Source: Vulcanimicrobiota bacterium (GTDB taxonomy: Bacteria > Vulcanimicrobiota > SpSt-956 > JAKJGF01). From it: a stretch of DNA of 57,025 bases. The translations under genes and the position numbers were made by a program. The notes below the pieces were generated by a model, which was given only the letters and a program-made list of their open reading frames with translations, was not told where the DNA came from and did no database searches. Location: NCBI GenBank assembly GCA_040217665.1, contig JBEHWP010000001.1:1-57025 (forward strand), given 5' to 3'. Shown here in pieces: positions 45,162-54,100 of this stretch; positions within the stretch are counted from its first letter, which is position 1; the number at the start of each line of letters is the position of its first letter.

Positions 45162-45358
45162 AATTGTTTTATAATAAAATAATAAGTATAAATTACATCA
45201 AAGTCAATATAAAACATGTTAACTTTTTGTTAATGATTGCGCTTAAAAATGACAGGTGATGTTATATACAATGAAAAAAGAAATTTATCACAGAATATTC
45301 AGAGTGAAAAATGAAACTACGTGTCATAAAAAAACACTATTTTTGTTAATTTCATTGA

Positions 45359-46648
45359 TTACCGGAGAGCCATATGGGCATATGGAAGGGAATCTTCCCG
45401 TGACACATCATTTTTCTTCAGTTTTGTTAGTTTCATCCTTAACATATTAAGGGCAGAAAGGGCTGCTCTTTCTTTAATTTCCTCTCTGGATCCGGTAAAT
45501 TGAAACTTCTGTACCTCTGTCCCTGACGGGCCGGTGAGAGCAATATAAACAAGACCTACCGGTTTTTCATAGGTACCTCCTGCCGGACCTGCTATACCTG
45601 TAACAGAAATTGCATAATCGGAACGTGAAAGAGATTTTACTCCCGCTGCCATAGCTTCTGCTACTTTTTTGCTTACAGCACCATGTTTTTTTATTAATTC
45701 TTCCGGCACTTTTAATAGATCTATTTTTGCATTATTACTGTATGAAACAACGGATTCAAGGAAATATTCGGAAATACCGGGCACATTTGTAAGCTTATGA
45801 GATATAAGACCTCCCGTGCATGATTCGGCAACAGAAAGAGTTAATCTCTTTTTAGACAGTTCCTGTGCCACAGCATGTTCAAGTAAATCGTGGCCTTCAC
45901 CGAATATAACATCACCGAGACGGGAACGAATATCTTTTTCTGTTTCTGAAATAAGCTTTTTAGTTTCTTTTTCTGTCTTACCTTTTGCATGAATTCGCAC
46001 GGCAATAACACCGTTTTTCACCCTTGTTCCTACGGAAGGATTACTGTTTCTATCCATAAGATTACCGAGTTTTTCCCCCAGAAGGGATTCGGGAATACCA
46101 AAACAATTCAATAGTTTCGTGTGTATAACATCTTCATTTTTTTCTTTAAGTAAAGGATAAATCGATTGAAACATCGATTTCATCTCGGAAGGAACACCGG
46201 GAAGAGAAATTATTTTTATACCTTTATATATCAGTAAAAATCCCGGAGCAGTACCATGTTCATTTTTTATTACAGTTGCACCTTCAGGAATCATGGCCTG
46301 TATTCTGTTAACAGGCGGTACGTTCAAATTTCTCAGCTTAAAAATCTGTTCTATTCTCCTGAGGCTTTCTTTATGAAGTCGTAGAGGACAGTCGGAAAAT
46401 TCAGATATTACTTCCCTTGTAAGATCATCTTTCGTAGGGCCAAGGCCACCTGTGGTAAAAATTAATTCAGATCTTCCGACTGCAATGGTTAAAGCTTCCT
46501 GAATCTGAGAAGCATAATCTCCGACACAGGTATGATATTTTACATCAATACCGGCAGCGGAAAGCATATCGGAAAGATAAGAGGCATTCGTATCGGTAAT
46601 TTCACCGAGAAGCAATTCCTGGCCTATTGAAATTATTTCTGCAACCAT
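45359..46648 (-). CDS. cinA: CinA-family protein (MoCF-biosynthesis-like domain plus nicotinamide-nucleotide amidohydrolase PncC domain)
   Basis: MVAEIISIGQELLLGEITDTNASYLS..., TTGGLGPTKDDLT, and a C-terminal LSVAESCTGGLISHKLTNVPGIS...GIAGPAGG. Confidence 0.9.
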   Translation of the reverse strand: MVAEIISIGQELLLGEITDTNASYLSDMLSAAGIDVKYHTCVGDYASQIQEALTIAVGRSELIFTTGGLGPTKDDLTREVISEFSDCPLRLHKESLRRIEQIFKLRNLNVPPVNRIQAMIPEGATVIKNEHGTAPGFLLIYKGIKIISLPGVPSEMKSMFQSIYPLLKEKNEDVIHTKLLNCFGIPESLLGEKLGNLMDRNSNPSVGTRVKNGVIAVRIHAKGKTEKETKKLISETEKDIRSRLGDVIFGEGHDLLEHAVAQELSKKRLTLSVAESCTGGLISHKLTNVPGISEYFLESVVSYSNNAKIDLLKVPEELIKKHGAVSKKVAEAMAAGVKSLSRSDYAISVTGIAGPAGGTYEKPVGLVYIALTGPSGTEVQKFQFTGSREEIKERAALSALNMLRMKLTKLKKNDVSREDSLPYAHMALR

Positions 46649-46687
46649 AAATCATAAGCTAACAGCTAACACGCTGTTTTTTCCTTA

Positions 46688-47899
46688 TCAAATATTTTGA
46701 CCGAATTTTTTTATATAATCCTCTACTGAAAGGTCGTGTCCCACATCACGTTTTTCCTTTTCAGAGAGAAACCATTTATGTTCCAGTATCTGACAGTAAA
46801 GTTCTGCCGGAGTACAGTCTTTTTTCAGATCTTTCAATTTCTCCAGTACAGGAGTAAAAAATTCATTCAACCAGTGAAAGGCTGCCACACTCAGGGGGGT
46901 GCTCCTGTTATTCTGTTTTGACAGGTTTACCTTCAGCCCCTGTATTTCATTTATTATAAGCCTTGCCTGCATTTCTTCCGAAACAATTCCTGTAAGACTG
47001 TGAAGTAAATCGGCATGAAAACTTCTATCTGATACAAAGGCTCTTAATTTCAGACGTTCTCCCGTTTCAGTTGTTTTGATTTCCAGTTCATCCACTGAAA
47101 ATCCCATAGCATTAAGGGTTCTCACATGTTCCTGAATACGATATTTTTCATCAGGTCTTATAACCTGTTCTTTATTTATTACATTCCAGAGTTCTTCATA
47201 ACGTTTATGAATATATTCTCCTGTTTCATATATGGGATAATCAGAGGGAAGTTTTGTTATAGCAGCAAGATCTGCAAGGGCACCACTTATATTTTCTTCC
47301 ATAATCTCCAGTTCATGTGTACGGAGATTATCAGAAATAGTGGGATGAACTTCAGATGTTTCGGCATCTACAAGATAGGCCTGCAGCGCTCCTGCATCAC
47401 GGCGAAAAAGGGCATTTGACAGAGAACAATCTCCCCAGTAAACACCTGAAAGGTGTAGCTGCACTAGAAGTCCTGTTATTGCATCGAGAAGAGATTGTCT
47501 GTATCGCTCAAGGCTTGAATGCATAAATATGGAATAATAGGGCAGGGAATATTCCAGATATTTCGTGATTAAAACACTCATATTTCCGTCTGTTGTAACA
47601 GTTTTAACATGTCCCACAGGAGATACTACGGGAAGTTTTATCTCTTCCATCTGTCTCAGGAGATTATATTCTTTTTCCGCCAGTTCTGCCGGTAATTCCT
47701 TAAGAGCATAAAGAATGCCCTTATAATTGACAAAAACCACCGTATGGCGCGAAAGTCCACAGGGAAGTTTTTCAAGGCGGGAACAGTGCTTTTCCCATTC
47801 TACAAGGGGTAAATTCCAGGGTAAATCCAGGAAATCAGGATGACCCTGACGGATAAATATATCTGTTTCTTTGAGATTTGATTTTTCATCTATTTGCAT
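46688..47899 (-). CDS. Atypical kinase-fold protein (RIO/Kdo-WaaP-like core) with a helical C-terminal domain; I recall similar proteins annotated as DUF4032
   Basis: YALKELPAELAEKEYNLLRQM (Lys/Glu pair candidates) and LHLSGVYWGDCSLSNALFRRDAGALQAYLVDAETSE (catalytic-loop D..N and metal-binding D candidates). The family name is from memory and unverified. Confidence 0.4.
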   Translation of the reverse strand: MQIDEKSNLKETDIFIRQGHPDFLDLPWNLPLVEWEKHCSRLEKLPCGLSRHTVVFVNYKGILYALKELPAELAEKEYNLLRQMEEIKLPVVSPVGHVKTVTTDGNMSVLITKYLEYSLPYYSIFMHSSLERYRQSLLDAITGLLVQLHLSGVYWGDCSLSNALFRRDAGALQAYLVDAETSEVHPTISDNLRTHELEIMEENISGALADLAAITKLPSDYPIYETGEYIHKRYEELWNVINKEQVIRPDEKYRIQEHVRTLNAMGFSVDELEIKTTETGERLKLRAFVSDRSFHADLLHSLTGIVSEEMQARLIINEIQGLKVNLSKQNNRSTPLSVAAFHWLNEFFTPVLEKLKDLKKDCTPAELYCQILEHKWFLSEKEKRDVGHDLSVEDYIKKFGQNI

Positions 47900-48064
47900 T
47901 ACATAAGAATAATCAATTACGAGAGGAATGTCAAGATTTATGAAGAAAGTAATATTATTATAATTTTATTAAAGAGTCTTTCATAAAAAGAAATGAAAAC
48001 ATAGTATTCATCACATACTTATAAATGGTGAGATATTTCAGTTAAATCTATAAATAGTGAAAGG

Positions 48065-48586
48065 ATGTTTATCATGTCAGTCAATATGAAATTATTAACA
48101 GATATTCCTCTCTTAAGGGATTTAACAAAAGAAGAAAGAAAGCAAATTGCGGAAATTACAGAAGAAATTACTCTCTCAAAAAATTCTTTTCTCTTCAGAC
48201 AGGGAGATGAAGCGGACTCTTTTTATATCATATTGGAAGGAGAAGTAGAAGTAATCAAGGTATTTTCCGAAAAAGAACAGAAGCTGGTAAATATGAGTAA
48301 AGGAGCCATCATAGGAGAAATGGCTTTTCTGACAGAAACAAGACGTACCGGGACTATAAGAGCTACAGAACAGACAAAATTGATAAAAATATCCAAAGAT
48401 AAATTTAAAAAACTTATGCAGGAAGAAAACATCGCCGTATATAAACTTGTTTACAGGATTTCTCAGATACTCAGCTTCAGACTTGCCCGTATTTCAGAAC
48501 AATTTGTTGATCAGTTTAAAACAGATAAAACAGCCAAACAGGAAAATATTATTGAATATTGCAGAAAATTGTTCGATTATCTGTGA
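48065..48586 (+). CDS. Cyclic-nucleotide-binding (cNMP/CAP effector) domain protein without an HTH
   Basis: FRQGDEADSFYIILEGEVEV...GAIIGEMAFLTETRRTGTIRA is the phosphate-binding-cassette pattern. At 173 aa there is no room for a DNA-binding domain. Confidence 0.75.
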   Translation: MFIMSVNMKLLTDIPLLRDLTKEERKQIAEITEEITLSKNSFLFRQGDEADSFYIILEGEVEVIKVFSEKEQKLVNMSKGAIIGEMAFLTETRRTGTIRATEQTKLIKISKDKFKKLMQEENIAVYKLVYRISQILSFRLARISEQFVDQFKTDKTAKQENIIEYCRKLFDYL

Positions 48587-48647
48587 CTGTTACCACTGCT
48601 TGACAGATTGCAGAAGTGGTTTCCTGAAGCCACCATGATCGATAAAA

Positions 48648-49964
48648 TTATTTCCAGAAAGAACAGGTCTTCAGCAATTTATAGATAATTTCTTCTGGAA
48701 CTCCTTCTATGACAATAACTTTTTTCCCGTTTATTCCTGAATAGACATATTTATCTTCAGTGGACCAGAGGCAATAGTTTTTTCCTTTATCTTCCACATG
48801 TTCTCTTGAATATTTATTTGATACTACTTTATTGTAAGCATCAAAAAATTCCTTTCCGTCTTTATCTGTATCCCAGACTGTCATCATAATAACCATAACG
48901 GAAGAGCCGTTCTGAAAACATTGTATCTGATCGCCTCCCCAGCCGGAAGAAGCTATAGTAGCAGTACTCCTGTCTGAAAGTTCTCTCACGAGAATATAGT
49001 AAACATATTCTCCCAGCACATCTGTATTAATCTTTTTCCATCCCGATCCGAGAGCATTTTCTATATTATTTAATTCTATTTTCACAGGACAATCCTTACC
49101 GGCAGACATATATTTTTCCGGATGCATTATCTGCTCCGATGATTGAGGCATGGCAGCATATATACTGGCAACCTGTTTCCATCCGTATTTTTTCACGAAA
49201 GACATAATAAAATCTGTTCCGTATAAATAGGGAAATGTCATGGTATCACTTATAACAGCAGGGGCAGTAGCAAGAAGTTTCGCTTCGGTAGAACTGCTGT
49301 ATGGCATCATATCCTGAAACTGAACCATAGAAAAATTGGGCAACTCATAAATATTAAATCCATAGTCTTTTATCATATATTCGAGCATAACCATTGTAGC
49401 TTCCCCTTCTACAACAGATGTTTTAGCCATATTCATATCAGATCTGTTATAATCAGGTTTGAGTACCTTCGTAAGGTCAAAATATTGATCCTGAAGGGCA
49501 TGTGTCAATTCATGAGACAGTATGGAAGGTTGCATATCCATAGACATCCAGTCTGCTATATATATAATTTTATTTTCAGGGACATAAAAACCGGCAATCT
49601 GTTCTACATAAAGATCTACAAGAAATTTTCTGTAATCGAAATTTTCGGGAAGAAGGCCCAGTTTTATGAGCATTTTTCCCTCACCGTCCAGTTTTGCCAT
49701 ATTCTCAGGATTCTGCAGTTCTTTAAGCATAATAGAACGGACTTCATTTTGATTTGTTACTTTTTTTGTAATCTGATGCTTAAAATTAAGGCCCCTTATT
49801 TTACTCACAGTCACCATAAGGTCATCTGCAAGTTTTTTTAATTCCTGTGCCGGAGGTTTCTGGTTGGTAAGCTGAGCAACAGCAGAAGTCTCTTTTGCGA
49901 AACAGATAAAACTATTTATAGATAATATAAATATGAGAGATAATATAACTATTTTTTTCAACAT
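48648..49964 (-). CDS. Exported protein with an HEXXH zinc-metallopeptidase motif
   Basis: Signal peptide MLKKIVILSLIFILSINSFICFA. The motif is ILSHELTHALQDQ, with downstream Glu candidates (VVEGEATMVMLEYM). Strong SD GGAGGA. Confidence 0.55.
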   Translation of the reverse strand: MLKKIVILSLIFILSINSFICFAKETSAVAQLTNQKPPAQELKKLADDLMVTVSKIRGLNFKHQITKKVTNQNEVRSIMLKELQNPENMAKLDGEGKMLIKLGLLPENFDYRKFLVDLYVEQIAGFYVPENKIIYIADWMSMDMQPSILSHELTHALQDQYFDLTKVLKPDYNRSDMNMAKTSVVEGEATMVMLEYMIKDYGFNIYELPNFSMVQFQDMMPYSSSTEAKLLATAPAVISDTMTFPYLYGTDFIMSFVKKYGWKQVASIYAAMPQSSEQIMHPEKYMSAGKDCPVKIELNNIENALGSGWKKINTDVLGEYVYYILVRELSDRSTATIASSGWGGDQIQCFQNGSSVMVIMMTVWDTDKDGKEFFDAYNKVVSNKYSREHVEDKGKNYCLWSTEDKYVYSGINGKKVIVIEGVPEEIIYKLLKTCSFWK

Positions 49965-49977
49965 AATCCTCCTTTAT

Positions 49978-50050
49978 CAGTGACCAGTTATCAGTTAACA
50001 GAAATTTACAGCTATCAGTTATCAATTCAGTAACTGGTAACTGGTCACTG
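49978..50050 (-). terminator. Long inverted repeat (20-bp arms, one mismatch) between the XRE-family gene and the HEXXH gene
   Basis: The arms are cagtgaccagttatcagtta and taactggtaactggtcactg. It begins 5 nt after the stop at 50056 and ends just before the RBS of 49964. The single mismatch is a U-G wobble on the plus strand and C-A on the minus strand. Confidence 0.55.
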
Positions 50051-50055
50051 TTTCA

Positions 50056-51021
50056 CTACCAGTCACTGCTGAGTTCCAGTAATTTCTTTTCTCTATCCCT
50101 TATTTTTGCAAATACTCCTTTTATTTCCTCAGGGCCGCCAGATATGGTTTTAAGCAGTAATTCTACCAGCTGAGAATTGGTTATTGACTTGAGGGCTTTT
50201 TTACTTAAATATTTCCTCTCTTCTCGGAAATCATCTATTATAGTCTGATTGTAGAGATAAATATACATCTTCCTTATCCTGTCTTCCTGCATTTCATCTG
50301 ACAGGCGAAGTTCAAGACATACTACTTTATTGTCAATAATTTCAAAATTGAAATAAAGATATTCATCAATAAAAATAAGATCATAATTGTTATATTTAAG
50401 AGCTTTCTCTACATTCAGTAAAAGCTCTTCCTGACATGGAAGGGGTAATTTATCAGATGAAAGATAACCTTCAAGACTCCTAAGAGATACAATCTCTTCA
50501 AGGGTTATTTTTCCCTCTTTCAGAAGCTGTTCCCTTCTGTTTTGCATCCTTATATAATTATCAATACCTGGATAATAGGGTTTATAAAAATTCTCATAAG
50601 AAAAGAGATTGTTCTTTTCACCGTAATGAATACTGGAAAAAAAAGGCCTCACAGTTTCTATCCTCACACAGTTACATTCCAGATTATATCTGTAATTCAT
50701 GTTATCTGCACCGTCTCTGTAAGAAAGAAGGGTTTTCCTGTGTTCACTGAGACCTACAAGCCACTGAATACTTATGTCATAGGTATTTGCAATTTCTATG
50801 AGTTTATCTATACCGGGCCTTCTTATACCTCTCATATAACTTGCAAGGGTACTTTCAGGTATACCTGTCTTTTTAGACATATCTTCAATATTTTCAAAAT
50901 TCTCTGCCTGCAGGGCAAGAATTCTGTTCTTTATACTTTTTGCTATCTGTTCTGTCTTTGTTTCTGAAAGTTCATCAAATATATTTGTATCTTTAGAAGC
51001 AGACAGAATCCTCTCTTCCAT
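50056..51021 (-). CDS. XRE-family HTH transcriptional regulator with a large uncharacterised C-terminal domain
   Basis: IKNRILALQAENFENIEDMSKKTGIPESTLASYMRGIRRPGIDKLIEIANTYDISIQWLVGL is an HTH_3/Cro-C1 pattern. The remaining ~230 aa are unassigned. Confidence 0.7.
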   Translation of the reverse strand: MEERILSASKDTNIFDELSETKTEQIAKSIKNRILALQAENFENIEDMSKKTGIPESTLASYMRGIRRPGIDKLIEIANTYDISIQWLVGLSEHRKTLLSYRDGADNMNYRYNLECNCVRIETVRPFFSSIHYGEKNNLFSYENFYKPYYPGIDNYIRMQNRREQLLKEGKITLEEIVSLRSLEGYLSSDKLPLPCQEELLLNVEKALKYNNYDLIFIDEYLYFNFEIIDNKVVCLELRLSDEMQEDRIRKMYIYLYNQTIIDDFREERKYLSKKALKSITNSQLVELLLKTISGGPEEIKGVFAKIRDREKKLLELSSDW

Positions 51022-51165
51022 AGAAAATCAACTCCAATTTATTAAAGATGTACAATAATCAATACATTTTAACATTACATCAAAGCTGTGTCAATATTTA
51101 TAAAGGTAAGTTCAAAAGAGAATTTAGTGCTGACAATATATAAAAGTATAAAAAAAATACAAAAT

Positions 51166-54100
51166 TTACCCTCTCGGAGTCTGCATGAGTTCCTGAAGGA
51201 GTTCTTCCATGGACTGGTGTCTTCTGTCAGGATCTTTTTCCAGAGCCTTCAGTATAATAGACACAAGCTGTCTGGGTATATTATCCTTCTGAAGAAGAAG
51301 AGGAGATGGTACAGAATGTTGATGGGCTGATAAAAGAGCCTGATCGGGGCCTATGAAAGGAGGGATTCCGCAGATCATATGATACATAAGAACTCCCAGG
51401 CTGTATATATCACTTCTGTGATCCACTTTTACGGAAGAATCAAATTCATGCCTGCACTGTTCGGGAGAAGCATATAAATAATGTTTTTCCGTACTTCCCA
51501 CTATAGTCTGTCTTGATTTAAGATCAAATCTTTTTGCTCCTCCAAGGTCGCAAAATTTGACTATATTTCCTGCAAACATAACATTATCAGGGGCAAGGTC
51601 ATGGTATATTATATTTTTGCTGTGCATATAATGAAGGGCTTCCACTATTTGAGTAACAATATGGAAAAATTCATTCAATTCCAGACCGTCTTTACTTTTC
51701 TCCAGAACAAGAGAGAGGGTTCTATCCAGAAGTTCTATAGCGAAAAATTTCTCTCTGAAACTTCCGGGAATAACCTTTGCTATACCGGGATGAATAAGCT
51801 CCGATAATATTTCATACTCTTTTTTGAAATTATTAATAGCTTCCCTGTCACTGTCAAGATCCTTATGAAGACATTTAAGTGCCACATAATTTCTCGTAAC
51901 AAGGTCAAAAGCTTTATATACAGTGGCGTTGGCTCCCGAACCTATTGGCTCCAGAAGAGCAAATCTTCCCAGTCTTTCATGTCTCAGGTTTTCAAGAAGA
52001 GAACCTGAATTTTTAAAAGCAGGATCTGTAAGATAGATTTTTTCAAGAATAGTTTCTGCTTCTGTAAACTGTTCCTTGAATAAAAGTTCTTCTGCAAGTC
52101 TCATATTTGCATCAAGAAGTGTATCTCTATCAAGGTTTATATCGATTTTATTCAATATTTCATAGGCTTCAGACAGGTTATTCAGTTCCAGGAAAGCAAT
52201 AGCAATCCATCCCTTTAATTTTCCTTTATTATAGGGATGTTCAAGAAGAAAAAGGCTTTTAAGAAACTCTATTTCTTCGAGAAATAAATGATTGGCTTTA
52301 AAATAATTATGTATATGGTCGATCATTCTGTTATCTTCATCATTATGAAGAAACTGGCTTGTTCTGTTATAAAAACTGTGTAGAATAATATCTATATGTT
52401 TTTTATCAAAGGTACCTTCTTCCGCATAGATTCGTGCCAGTTTCAGAGAAACATCGAGAAAATCCTTATCACGCCGGTAAATCTGCATTAAATTTTCTTT
52501 TACACTGTTTATATCCTCTTTAGCTTCATGCTCCACTGCAAGCTGATAGAGATTATCCAGATCATCGGGAGCAAAAATTTTTCTGTCTTCTGCTGCCTTC
52601 TTTTTATCGCCGATTTTAAGATAGACCTGATATCGTATTTCATAGATCTTTTTATCTCTGCATCCAAGTTTTATCGCTTCAGAGAGAATATCTGTAAGTT
52701 CTGCCCAGTCTCTTCTCTGGGAACGCTCGTTTAACATAAAGTATTTTGCTTCTGCAAGCATAAGATGAACTTTTCCGTCGGCATGAAATTCTTTTTTTAT
52801 TGCTTCCCCGAGACAGGAAATACCTTCTTTAATCCTGTTGGTTTTTAAATAAAAATTCCCGAGTGTCGCAAGATTTTTTCCCGTTCTCTCAAGGGATGTT
52901 ATCTTTTCCTGAATCCTTATCATATTAGGGGGATCACTTTTTTTCTTATAGAGATCAAGCAATGTTTTAAGATATTCAATATTTTTCCTGTCTCCTTCAT
53001 GGGCTTTCTCGTAATAAAGGATAGCTTCTTCTTCGTTTTTATAAACATCAAGATAGAGATTGCCGAGTTTTTCCAGAACGGCCATGTCATCTCTTTTTAT
53101 ATTCAATATCTTTTTGAATGTTTCTATGGATTTTTCTATATTACCCATTTCAATATAACATTCTCCGAGACGAAACAGAGCATCTCTGTGAGAGGGACAG
53201 GCCGATGCAACTTCTTCATATTCCTCACAGGCATGGACATATTCCTTCTGAGCAAAAAACTCTTCTGCTATATAAAACCTGACTTTATAGTCTTTCGGAA
53301 CTATTTTCGTATAATGGCCCCATACAGAGAGGACTATAATATTTTTTGTAAGATTACCGTCTGCCATTTTTTTAAGATAATAATCAGTCATTACCTTGAT
53401 GGCTTCATCCCAGCAAAGACCTTTCGTAAATATCTGTTCCAGAACATTTATCGTATCTGCATGAATTTCATTACATGCAAGATAAGCCCTGCCAAGAGCA
53501 ACAAGGTTTTCTATATTATCAGGCTCTTCTCTATAAATCGATTTATAGGCTCTCAGAGATTTTTCACCTGTAGCTCCCAGGTGTTCACTTGCTTCTCCGA
53601 AAGCGAGCAATACATGTCTGTCTCTCGGAAACCTGTCAAAAGACTCCTGTATTAACATCATAGTTTCATCATTATAGATTTTATGGCGATGAAAATATGT
53701 TACAACAGAAATAAGGATAAAATCTCTGTTCAAATCAAAGATATCCCAGAATCTGGAAGACATATATTTTTTTTGAAGCAGATTTTTAAAGAGTTCCGGG
53801 TTTTCTTCTACCATATTCTTACTTCTAAAAATTATAGAAGAATTTAAAAACATTATTCTTTCATCATCAGGGTACAGGGCAAGCAGATTTTTATACAGAT
53901 CTGTTCTTGCCTCTTCAGGCTTACCTGTTTCAGCATCATTCCATGCAATAAGCCTGACTGCAGAACTTTTCGCTTTTTCATCGATACAGTTAATTTCTGT
54001 CGCTTTTAAATATATTTCTGTAGCCTTTTCACTCATAGTATTTCTCTTCAGATGGTATTTTGCAAGCAGCTGTACAAGAAGAGGATCATAATTGATATTC

